In this document: one piece after another, positions 26,030-34,529 of the stretch | Position numbering within the stretch: position 1 is the first letter of the stretch | Layout: each line of letters begins with the position of its first letter | Origin: Terriglobia bacterium | GTDB taxonomy: Bacteria > Acidobacteriota > Terriglobia > Terriglobales > Acidobacteriaceae | Direction: 5' to 3' | DNA length: 64,000 nt | NCBI GenBank assembly: GCA_021325035.1 | Contig: JAJPHW010000138.1 | Span: 6,910 to 70,909 of the forward strand | Notes under the pieces: generated by a model | The model's input: only the letters and a program-made list of their open reading frames with translations | The model's database searches: none | Told to the model about the DNA's origin: nothing | Made by a program: the position numbers and the translations under genes

Positions 26030-27535
26030 TCACTGCTCGTAAGCGCCAATATCAATATCCGAACCCTGTACGCGGGCATTTCCGGCGTAGTCGAGCGCGC
26101 CTTCAATTGTCACGCCTAAATTGTTGCCGGCATTGACGGCACGGGAAGTGGGCTGCACCTGAAGATTGGGCGTTGTGATGCTTAGATACTCGGGATCCAC
26201 ATATTGCGAGTGGGAATCTTGCGCAGATGCTGTTTGATAAGCAGTAAATCCTGTAATTGCTTTAGCCTGCCAGACCCAATTGGAATTATTAGCAGCGGAA
26301 GGCGAGTAGTAGATGTTGTAGTCGAGCGTGGCCGGGCTGGGCGTGGATTTTGTGTAATCATTCACCAGCAAAGCCTGCTTTCCGGCATAGACGATGTTGT
26401 TTTCAAAGATGTTGTTGGTGGCATGGTATTGAATCTGGAATTCGCCGCTGCCGGTATTCTTTCCGTCGTTTTCGAGGAGCGAGTTGTTGACGATGTCAAT
26501 GTGATCGCTGCCGCCGACGCCGCTGGCATAGCCGCCGATGGAAATCCCCGCCGAGTTGCCGAAGTAAATGAGATTGCTGCGCGTGGTGATGTAACTCGAA
26601 GTCTTGCCGGAGTGTTCGCTGGCCATTTCAATGCCGAGATCAACATTGTGGACAAGATTGCGCTCGATAATGATCTCTGTGCCGCCGTCAACATAGATGC
26701 CGTCCGCGCACCAGCATCCGCTTGAGTAGGAAGGATTTCCCTGCGAAGTGATGTTGTAGACGCTGTTCTCGCCGATGTATCCGTTGCGCGCCTGATCATA
26801 AGCAGTCTGCGGAGAGACTCCTTCAAAGCCAATGGCGTCAATGCCAATGTTGTTGTTGTCGTGGATGGAGTTGTTGGCGACGGTGAAAGTATCCACATTG
26901 CCGTCGAAGGTGACGGACTCGCTGCAACCGGTTTTCAAATTGCTGACTTCATTGCCTGTGAATGTGATGTTATTGAGCGAGGCGGGCGCTTGCGTTCCAT
27001 AAAAAGCGACGCCCAAAGCGTTCGCGTTGCATCCAGTTGCCGTGGTGATGATGTCTTGCACGTGATTGTTGAGGATTTGGATGTAGCTTCCTGCGCCGGT
27101 TACATAAATTCCGACGGAAACGATATTTCGCTTGGTGGTTTTGTAGTTCTGTAAGGTAAACCCCTCAAAAATGATGTAGCTCTGGCTGGCGATGTTCAGC
27201 AAACCATATTGTCCGCCGGGGATACTGAGGCCGGTGCCGTCTATCACAGGAGTTTGGCCGGAATAGTTCTGAAAGGTGATATATCCCGCGGTCGCGGAGC
27301 CGGAGGCGGGAATGTTCACCGTTTCGTTGTAAGTACCTCCGAGCACTTCGACCGTGTCGCCGGCGACGACATGATTGGCCGCATATTGAATGTTGCGCCA
27401 GGCGGTGCTGGTGCTGAGTCCGTTGTTGCTGTTGCTGCCGGAGGTGGAAACGTAGTAAGTGGTGGCTGATGCGGAAATACAAAGTAGAGCAGCCATGAGC
27501 GCGGCTGCGAAGATGGAATACCAACGGGATTTCAT
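26030..27535 (-). CDS. Secreted right-handed parallel beta-helix repeat protein (DUF1565/pectate-lyase fold)
   Basis: 501-aa ORF with a signal peptide and N-terminal TYYVSTSGSNSNNGLSTSTAWRNIQYAANHVVAGDTVEV. Repeated N.I.NN.. coils are present. Confidence 0.8.
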   Translation of the reverse strand: MKSRWYSIFAAALMAALLCISASATTYYVSTSGSNSNNGLSTSTAWRNIQYAANHVVAGDTVEVLGGTYNETVNIPASGSATAGYITFQNYSGQTPVIDGTGLSIPGGQYGLLNIASQSYIIFEGFTLQNYKTTKRNIVSVGIYVTGAGSYIQILNNHVQDIITTATGCNANALGVAFYGTQAPASLNNITFTGNEVSNLKTGCSESVTFDGNVDTFTVANNSIHDNNNIGIDAIGFEGVSPQTAYDQARNGYIGENSVYNITSQGNPSYSSGCWCADGIYVDGGTEIIIERNLVHNVDLGIEMASEHSGKTSSYITTRSNLIYFGNSAGISIGGYASGVGGSDHIDIVNNSLLENDGKNTGSGEFQIQYHATNNIFENNIVYAGKQALLVNDYTKSTPSPATLDYNIYYSPSAANNSNWVWQAKAITGFTAYQTASAQDSHSQYVDPEYLSITTPNLQVQPTSRAVNAGNNLGVTIEGALDYAGNARVQGSDIDIGAYEQ

Positions 27536-27758
27536 GGAGCCTCCTAGGGGAAATTCCAGCGTTCGATTATTCCGATTTGTTTCGTTTATAACTTATTAGT
27601 TACGATTTATTACGTTTTACCGGCCTTGTCAAGCATATTCTTGCAGCGTCGCGAATCAGAAGTTCGCACGCTCTGGGAATAAACTCTTTACGATCAGCAC
27701 CTTGTGCCGCAATTGCCCTATCAAAGTTTTGCCATCCGGGCTTTGTATAATCCTGGTC

Positions 27759-29087
27759 ATGCCTGCATTGCCGGAAAATAAAAATGCCTCCGCGGAAATG
27801 TGCACTTTGGCGAGGAATCTTTTTGACCACGCGCTGGCCGAATCTTCCATTGACCGGGCATTCGAACGGCAGGTGCAGTGTGAACGCGGCGTACTGCGCA
27901 TCTGTGAAGATCTCTACGATCTGAATACCTTCGGGCGGATTGTGGTTGTCTCCATCGGCAAGGCAGCCCACAGCATGGCCCGCGCTCTGACCGCGCAGGC
28001 AGGCGACCGGTTTGAAGGCATTGTGGCCAGCTCAACTGAACCGGACTCGCAATTACGCGGATTTCGGTATTTTCGGGGAGGACATCCCACGCCGAATAAA
28101 GAGTCCATTCTTGCTGCGGAAGCCATATTGAAATCTTTGCAGGCGCAAAATGCAGCTTCGTTCGTGATTTACATGATCAGCGGAGGAGGATCTTCCATCG
28201 TCGAAAAACCGATGGATGACGAGATTTCGCTGGAAGATTTGATTGCCACGTACAAAACGCTGGTCCATTCGGGAGCGCCGATTGCGGAGATGAACACGAT
28301 CCGCAAGCATCTTTCCGCAGTCAAGGGCGGACGGATGGCGCAAGCAGCTTCTCCCGCGCAGCAGGTTTCTATTTTGATCTCAGACGTTCCCGATAACGCG
28401 CCGGATGCATTGGCCTCCGGACCGACGATGCCTGATTCGACGTCGGTGGAAGATTGCTATGCCATTGCAAACAAGTACGGTATGGCCGCGCAGTTTCCCG
28501 AAACGGTGCGGGAACTATTTCAACGGCGCGCGCTCGAAGAAACTCCAAAATCGGATGATGTGGCCTTTCAGCGTTCGCGCTGGTGGACGGTGTTATCGAA
28601 CGCCACGCTGCTGGAATCGGCAAAGGCCGAAGCTAAACGGCTGGGGTTTCATGTGGAAGTGGACAACAGTTGCGACGATTGGGATTATGCCGATGCCGCG
28701 AAGTATCTTCTTGGAAAAGTGCGAGATTTGAAACAGAAGTATGAGCGTGTTTGCCTGCTCTCCGGCGGAGAAGTGACGGTGAAAGTGACGAATGGAGGAA
28801 CAGGCGGGCGCAATCAGCAATTTGCGCTGGTTTGCGCGGAACAGATAGCAGAAGAAAATATCACGGTCCTAAGCGCAGGCACGGATGGCGTTGATGGAAA
28901 TAGTCCCGCAGCGGGAGCGGTCGTGGACGGGAGTACGCACGCGCGAGCGACCGAGTTAGGTAAAGATCCAGCCGCTTACCTGTCCGCTTTCAACGCATAT
29001 CCCCTGTTTAGTGAACTCGGCGATGCGATTATGACTGGGCCGACGGGTAACAATCTGCGAGATCTGCGAATTCTGCTGGCTTATTGA
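27759..29087 (+). CDS. Glycerate kinase, MOFRL family (DUF4147 + MOFRL)
   Basis: Motifs seen: SIGKAAHSMARAL, GGHPTPN, ISGGGSS, GGEVTVKVTNGGTGGRNQQFAL, SAGTDGVDGNSPAAGA, TGPTGNNLRD. Start set at ATG 27759. Confidence 0.85.
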   Translation: MPALPENKNASAEMCTLARNLFDHALAESSIDRAFERQVQCERGVLRICEDLYDLNTFGRIVVVSIGKAAHSMARALTAQAGDRFEGIVASSTEPDSQLRGFRYFRGGHPTPNKESILAAEAILKSLQAQNAASFVIYMISGGGSSIVEKPMDDEISLEDLIATYKTLVHSGAPIAEMNTIRKHLSAVKGGRMAQAASPAQQVSILISDVPDNAPDALASGPTMPDSTSVEDCYAIANKYGMAAQFPETVRELFQRRALEETPKSDDVAFQRSRWWTVLSNATLLESAKAEAKRLGFHVEVDNSCDDWDYADAAKYLLGKVRDLKQKYERVCLLSGGEVTVKVTNGGTGGRNQQFALVCAEQIAEENITVLSAGTDGVDGNSPAAGAVVDGSTHARATELGKDPAAYLSAFNAYPLFSELGDAIMTGPTGNNLRDLRILLAY

Positions 29088-29119
29088 AAAATAAAAGCGC
29101 GAGCATCGTGCCCGCGCTT
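29087..29119 (-). terminator. Rho-independent terminator between convergent genes
   Basis: On the - strand: AAGCGCGGGCA-CGA-TGCTCGCGCTT (11 bp, one mismatch) followed by TTATTTTT. Confidence 0.65.
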
Positions 29120-29139
29120 CCAAATTCTCAAGTTCTATT

Positions 29140-30945
29140 TTAGGGCAGCTTGAAGTTCACCGTGATTTGGGTCTCGATATCAATCGCCTGCCCATCGAGA
29201 TAGTAGGGCTTGTATTTCCATTGCTTCACCGCATCCGTGGCGGCGCCAGCCAACACAGCATCGCCGCTTAAGGTCTTCACGCTGGTAATGCTGCCATCTT
29301 TGCCGATATGGGCGTCCAACAGGACTGAGCCTTGAATGCGAGCCGACATCGCCTGCGGCGGATAAGTTGGATTCACGCGCTTGATGAGCAAGCCTTGTGA
29401 AACTCCCTGCGAAACTTTAATGGCCTGCCCCGAAGGCTTAGGCACATTTGCGGGTACAGAACTGACGATGCCGGAAAGAGCATTTTTGCTGGCATCGCTC
29501 GCGGCGACATCCATGCTGGGGGCTTCCGGAGCCGGTGTTTCAGCTACAGGCGCGGGGGGCGGTTGAGGCGCTTCATTCTTCACAAGAAGCGGAGCAACTT
29601 CTGCTGCTGCTTCGGAATTCTTCGCGGATGCGCTGGATTTCTCGGACTTCTCCGAGGTTTTGTCAGTCTTGTCTGCGGACTTTTCCGGAGATGTATTGGA
29701 CGAGGGTTTTGCGGGCTGAGTGTTCGAAATCTGCGAAGAAACTTGCGCTGCCGGTTTGGTTGACGTCGTTGACGTTAAGGCACTCGACTGCGAATTCGGT
29801 GTAGCCGTTGGAATCGGCGCGCTCTGCGACGCTGCCGGAGACGCCTGCGACGATTGCTGCGCTGGCGCGGCCGTTGGATGATGCGATTTGCTGACCACAA
29901 AATAACCCACTGCTGCCAAAGCTAAGACCGCCACGGCGATGATGCCAATCTTCTTGCCGCTGCCGTCTCCGGAAGCATCGGCATCCGCCGAGCCCGAGAT
30001 GGAAGAAAACATGGGAGCGTCGGAGTGCGTGATTTTTGCAGTTGCGAAGTCCTGGGTGTGGCTTACTTCGGGCGCCGACTCTTCTGTTTTCGGCAAGTTG
30101 AAAACGGTTGCCGCGGCTTTGTGTTCGGCTGGCTTTACTTCCGGCTCGATGGCCTTAACCGGCGTGGCTTCTTTTGCCGGCGCGACTTCTCTTGCCGGTG
30201 CGGCGGCGGCGCCGCTGGAAGCGTGAGCATCCGAGAAAGCAGGCGCGGGCTTGGAAATTTTGGTTTCACTGGCTGCGGGCCACGAATTTTTCAGCGGATT
30301 GACGGGCGTGGGCATGGACTCAAGCAATGCCGCATCATCGGGCGTGGCTGCGGGAAGCGGTTCTGGCTCCAACTCCAAAGCAGAAGCGGCGATTGCAGGA
30401 ACGGCTTTTGCAGGAGCGGGAGGCGGTTGCGGAATATGGATTGCCGGTTTGGCGGCAAAAGTCTGCACAGGCGCGCTCTCGGCGCGAGTGACGGGTTGTG
30501 CGGGTTTCTGCGCGGCAGGCGCGGATGGAGCAACAACTGATGGCGTTGATGTTGTTGTCTTTGGAGCTTCGCCTTTTTTCAGCAATCCCCGGGCGACGCG
30601 CAAGGTGCCCTTGGCCTGCTCGACGTTAATCGGCTTGGTTAAAACAAGATTGGCCCCCAAGCGGAAAGCTTTGGCGACGCCAGCTTGATCACCGACAACG
30701 GCTACGGTCAAAGCAGCCTGATTCATCTCGGAATTACGCACGCTCTTGAACATCAACGCCGCATTCTGGTCATTGTCGCAGTCCACAACCACGGCATCGA
30801 AACGCTGGGCCATCAATTTCTTGACAGCGGCAAAGGCTTCGGTGCAGGGTTCGACGGTAAACTCGACATCGTTAAGGACTTGCGTCAAAACGCGGGTAGT
30901 TTTTTCATCCGGGCAGAAAATGAGCGCAGCGTAGTTCATGGCCAA
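29140..30945 (-). CDS. REC-like domain / Pro-Ala-rich linker / single TM / TonB C-terminal domain fusion protein
   Basis: 601-aa ORF. The N-terminal receiver-like fold shows ALIFCPDE, AVVVDCD and LVLTKP. It has a central TM (IGIIAVAVLALAAVGYFVV) and a C-terminal TonB_C (RVNPTYPPQAMSARIQGSVLLDAHIGKDGSI...KYKPYYLDGQ). Start is TTG 30945 or ATG 30939. Confidence 0.75.
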   Translation of the reverse strand: MAMNYAALIFCPDEKTTRVLTQVLNDVEFTVEPCTEAFAAVKKLMAQRFDAVVVDCDNDQNAALMFKSVRNSEMNQAALTVAVVGDQAGVAKAFRLGANLVLTKPINVEQAKGTLRVARGLLKKGEAPKTTTSTPSVVAPSAPAAQKPAQPVTRAESAPVQTFAAKPAIHIPQPPPAPAKAVPAIAASALELEPEPLPAATPDDAALLESMPTPVNPLKNSWPAASETKISKPAPAFSDAHASSGAAAAPAREVAPAKEATPVKAIEPEVKPAEHKAAATVFNLPKTEESAPEVSHTQDFATAKITHSDAPMFSSISGSADADASGDGSGKKIGIIAVAVLALAAVGYFVVSKSHHPTAAPAQQSSQASPAASQSAPIPTATPNSQSSALTSTTSTKPAAQVSSQISNTQPAKPSSNTSPEKSADKTDKTSEKSEKSSASAKNSEAAAEVAPLLVKNEAPQPPPAPVAETPAPEAPSMDVAASDASKNALSGIVSSVPANVPKPSGQAIKVSQGVSQGLLIKRVNPTYPPQAMSARIQGSVLLDAHIGKDGSITSVKTLSGDAVLAGAATDAVKQWKYKPYYLDGQAIDIETQITVNFKLP

Positions 30946-31010
30946 ATCGTAAGTACATTCGTTTTGCCCAGCAAGTTACGCAGGTAATTGTATTTTCGAG
31001 TTTTTATGGG

Positions 31011-32423
31011 TTAGCGCTTCGGTTGGGGGAAATTCACCCTCACCTGGGTCTGAAATGCGACGGGCTGGCCATCCTGATAGTAGGGCTGGTATTGCCACTG
31101 TTGGACGGCTTCCTGCGCAGCCAGTGTCAGCATGGGATTTCCGCTGACCACATCGGTCGATTGCACGGTTCCGTCAGCTGCGACGTTCGCGTTCAGCACG
31201 ACTGCACCCTTGATGTGAGCATGACGGGCTTTTGTGGGATACCAGGGCGCGACACTATGAACGATGTGCGCGGCAGCCAAGTCTCCGGGCACGGCAACAG
31301 GCTGCGCATTGTCAGCCGCAGGCGCGGTGGATAAGGCCGATGCATCGGGCGGAGTATCTTGAAAACCTTGCGCCAGCGTGGATGGATCGGGAGCGGCTGG
31401 AGCAGCATCGGGCTGGGCCGCAGTTGCAGCCGCATCCGTGGGCGCGGCTTGAGTCGCAGGAGCTGGCTCCGGAGTTACAGGAGCTACCGGCGTGGCCGCA
31501 ACGTTGTGATGCACCAAGCGCGCATACTGCCATGCAATTGCGCTGCGGACTCGCGGCTGGAATGCCAGGGCCGCGATAGCAACAGCAGCCACCAACAATC
31601 CGATGATCACACCGCGATTGCTTTTCTTTTGTGTGTCCCCAAGCATGGCGAACGAAGGCGTAGCCACAGGCGTTTGCGCGCGGGGAACAGGCGGCTTGTT
31701 TTCCACCTGCGGCGCGGGAATTTTTGACGCGACGCTCTTCTCGACAGGCTGTGGAGCTGCCGGAGCTGCCTTGTGTTCAGCTGCTGGCGAGGCTTTTGGA
31801 GCTTCAACGGGAAGTTGCTCATTCGCCGGCTTGCTAAGGGCACGCGCAGGCGCGGCGGCTGCACCCTGGGCTGAAGCTGCGATCACAGGTTCCGACGCAG
31901 CGGCAGGTTGAACTCCTTCTGGAGCTTTCGGCGTAGCAAAAGTGCGAAATGAATTCGTGCTTAACGGTGACTCCAGCTCCGGCGCTGAAGAAGTTGGCGT
32001 GGCTGGAGGCTGAGAAACAGTGGCAGCCGCAGCGTGGGCTTTACTTTCCTGGGTATCGCGGCGCTGCATTGCCAGGGCGTTCCGCAACGTGGTGCGGGCC
32101 TGCTCCATGGAGAGCGGCTTGCTCAATACGGTTTTTGCGCCCAGGCGAAAAGCTGTGGGGACACCGGCTTTGCCGTCCACCATGGCAACGGACATAGCGC
32201 CGTGATTGATGGTGGAGCCGCGCAGGATCGCAAAAATCTGCGTGGCGGATTGCAAAGCATCGCAATCAACAAGAACTGCGTCGTATCCCTCGGAAGAGAT
32301 TTTCTTGACGGCGGTAACAGAATCCGAGCAATGCTCGTAAGACACCGCCAGTTCTTCAAAAATAAGAGTGAGAATTCCCAGCGTTTTCAAATCGCTGGAG
32401 AAAACGAACGCTCGCTGGGCCAT
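31011..32423 (-). CDS. REC-like domain / linker / single TM / TonB C-terminal domain fusion protein (paralogue)
   Basis: About 470 aa. Receiver-like motifs AFVFSSD, AVLVDCD and VLSKP are present. It has a central TM (VIIGLLVAAVAIAALAF) and a TonB_C (VAPWYPTKARHAHIKGAVVLNANVAADGTV...QYQPYYQDGQ). An alternative TTG start lies at 32447. Confidence 0.75.
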   Translation of the reverse strand: MAQRAFVFSSDLKTLGILTLIFEELAVSYEHCSDSVTAVKKISSEGYDAVLVDCDALQSATQIFAILRGSTINHGAMSVAMVDGKAGVPTAFRLGAKTVLSKPLSMEQARTTLRNALAMQRRDTQESKAHAAAATVSQPPATPTSSAPELESPLSTNSFRTFATPKAPEGVQPAAASEPVIAASAQGAAAAPARALSKPANEQLPVEAPKASPAAEHKAAPAAPQPVEKSVASKIPAPQVENKPPVPRAQTPVATPSFAMLGDTQKKSNRGVIIGLLVAAVAIAALAFQPRVRSAIAWQYARLVHHNVAATPVAPVTPEPAPATQAAPTDAAATAAQPDAAPAAPDPSTLAQGFQDTPPDASALSTAPAADNAQPVAVPGDLAAAHIVHSVAPWYPTKARHAHIKGAVVLNANVAADGTVQSTDVVSGNPMLTLAAQEAVQQWQYQPYYQDGQPVAFQTQVRVNFPQPKR

Positions 32424-32474
32424 GCCTGATGGTACGAATGGCCGCAAGAATGCCGCAAGTTACCGTGGTGTGGG

Positions 32475-34520
32475 CTATCCAGCAGTCACAATATCCAGGG
32501 CTTTTTGGGCGGCCGTGAGAAGGGCTTCGGCGCCCACCGGTTTGCCAGTGGCATTTTGCATCCACAGATCGGGCGTAAGACGGCCCATGGTGGCCATGCG
32601 CTCAAACTCGGGGCCGATGCTGCCGGCTTTTTTCATCTGCTCTTCGATTTGGTGGGAAATCAGGTGGCCGATGGGATAGTCGGGCAGGTACATGAAGGTA
32701 TCAATCATGTGCGAATAGACACCAAGAAGCGTAACGTCACGAACCCCAAAAATGGGAGCATAGAAGCGGTTCCAGGTATCTCTGGAGATTTGCAGAACTG
32801 CCTGCTTGAGTTCTGCCGGCGAGGCGTCGGGATGGTCGTACATCCAGTGCCAGACGGCGATGTCCACAAGCGCGACGGCGCTGATTTCGCAGGTGGCCCA
32901 GAAATCGTTAAGCGTTTTTTCGGCTTGGCTGCGAGCGTCGGGAGCGGGCAAGTCGAGCAGTTCGAGATCGTGACCTTGAAATAAGAATGCAAAAGCTTCA
33001 GTAAAAGATGTGTTGGGAACACCGCGCATGAGCGTGAAATCAACATTATTGAGGGAAAAGACTTGCTCGACGTTGTGGCCCATTTCGTGGGCGGCGACGT
33101 TAAAGCTTTTGTAATCCATCCCAGTTTTTGCGATGCGAGTGCGCAGGTGCGCTTTTTCGGAGCGCATGCCAGCGCTCATGGCGTGACCGGAGCCGCGCGC
33201 AGGATCGACGGCGATTTTGCCGGCGAGATATTGGGCGCGTTGCGAAGAAAATCCCAGTTTACCGAGAAGATTAGGAATGTCCTGTTCGTAAGATGCGGGC
33301 GTCGGGTACCGTTTGGCTACAACCGCATCCAACTCAGATTCGCTTTGCTGACTTCCGGGACGAAAACCGCTGTACCAGATGTCGAATGGTTCGAGCGGGC
33401 GGCCAAGACGGGACTGAATCAGTTTGGCGACCTTGGGCATGAGCGGAGAAGTCAGCGTTTGCTCGAGCATGGCCTTTACGCGCTCTTCGGGAATTTCGCG
33501 GTCTTCGTCGAAGCGGCGGGCAATGTGCGTGGGCGCGGTAGGCGAATATGGATCGGCTTTGCGGGCTGCATGGAAAGTTTTGAGCAGCATGGCATAGCGC
33601 GTATCCGGCTCGGCGGCGCTGCTGATTTCGCGTGAAGGAATTGGATCACTCGAGTCATTAATATTGCTGGCAGAGACCTGGTTGGTGAAGGGGTTCCAAT
33701 CCGCTGCGGGGTTGTTGACGACTGCTGCGGGAATGGTTTGATCAATCACGCGCTCCATCACGCGCTGGATCATGCGCTGCTTACGCAGGCCATTTTCTGG
33801 ATCGCTGTAGTTGGATTTGATTTCGTCACGCAATCCCCAATGGCTGAGCAGACGCATCTTTCGCGGAAAAAGGCGCTGGCCATCATCGGTTAGAAGATGG
33901 TGCATCCAGATGTTGTATTCAGCAATGTAGCGGCCGGAAACAGCTTCTGCCTGAGTTACCGCCTGACCTACCCAAGCGGGGATGCGTTTATCGAAACGTT
34001 GCGCCAGACGAATTTCTGCCCATTCGCGGCGGGAGCGTTGGGCGGCATCTTTGGTGCGCTCTTCTAATGTAGTGAGCGGAAAATTCAGCAACACAACGAA
34101 GCCGAGTTTGTTATCGAACATGTCGTCGGTCATTTGCGCGCCGGGATAGTAGCCGCCGAAAATTTCATCCACCGGAAGGACGGGGCCAAGATCAAGGTCA
34201 ATCTGCTGGCGGAATTGGCGATAAATCTCGTGCATGTGTCCGTCGAGTTGTTCGAAGAGGGTCTCGAAGCGATGAAAGAGCGCGTCGAGCGTAACGGCAT
34301 CTCCGGCAAAATAAGTACGAACGGTGTCTTCAAAAACCTGCTGGTCGCCATCGGTTTCACGCCAGAATTGCGCGACCTGATGCAGGCCGCGGCGGGCGCG
34401 CTCGCGCTGCGATTCGCCATGGATGGCGACGAGATCCGCTTCCAGTTTGGTGACCGCTTGATCCATCCAGGCTGGCGCGGTATTTTGAGATGCAACTTCG
34501 GGAACTGCGATAACAGACAT
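32475..34520 (-). CDS. Putative gluzincin zinc metallopeptidase (HEMGH...E), family uncertain
   Basis: 681-aa ORF without a signal peptide. It has AAHEMGHNVEQ followed 25 residues later by TEAFAF, the M2/M3/M32-like HExxH+E spacing. Confidence 0.55.
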   Translation of the reverse strand: MSVIAVPEVASQNTAPAWMDQAVTKLEADLVAIHGESQRERARRGLHQVAQFWRETDGDQQVFEDTVRTYFAGDAVTLDALFHRFETLFEQLDGHMHEIYRQFRQQIDLDLGPVLPVDEIFGGYYPGAQMTDDMFDNKLGFVVLLNFPLTTLEERTKDAAQRSRREWAEIRLAQRFDKRIPAWVGQAVTQAEAVSGRYIAEYNIWMHHLLTDDGQRLFPRKMRLLSHWGLRDEIKSNYSDPENGLRKQRMIQRVMERVIDQTIPAAVVNNPAADWNPFTNQVSASNINDSSDPIPSREISSAAEPDTRYAMLLKTFHAARKADPYSPTAPTHIARRFDEDREIPEERVKAMLEQTLTSPLMPKVAKLIQSRLGRPLEPFDIWYSGFRPGSQQSESELDAVVAKRYPTPASYEQDIPNLLGKLGFSSQRAQYLAGKIAVDPARGSGHAMSAGMRSEKAHLRTRIAKTGMDYKSFNVAAHEMGHNVEQVFSLNNVDFTLMRGVPNTSFTEAFAFLFQGHDLELLDLPAPDARSQAEKTLNDFWATCEISAVALVDIAVWHWMYDHPDASPAELKQAVLQISRDTWNRFYAPIFGVRDVTLLGVYSHMIDTFMYLPDYPIGHLISHQIEEQMKKAGSIGPEFERMATMGRLTPDLWMQNATGKPVGAEALLTAAQKALDIVTAG

Positions 34521-34529
34521 CCGTACTCC

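Noticed and set aside
29381-30688. Many overlapping 60-170-aa ORFs in both strands within the REC-TonB genes; the same is seen at 31023..32429
   Set aside because: They are by-products of Pro/Ala/Ser-rich low-complexity coding sequence, which is open in several frames.
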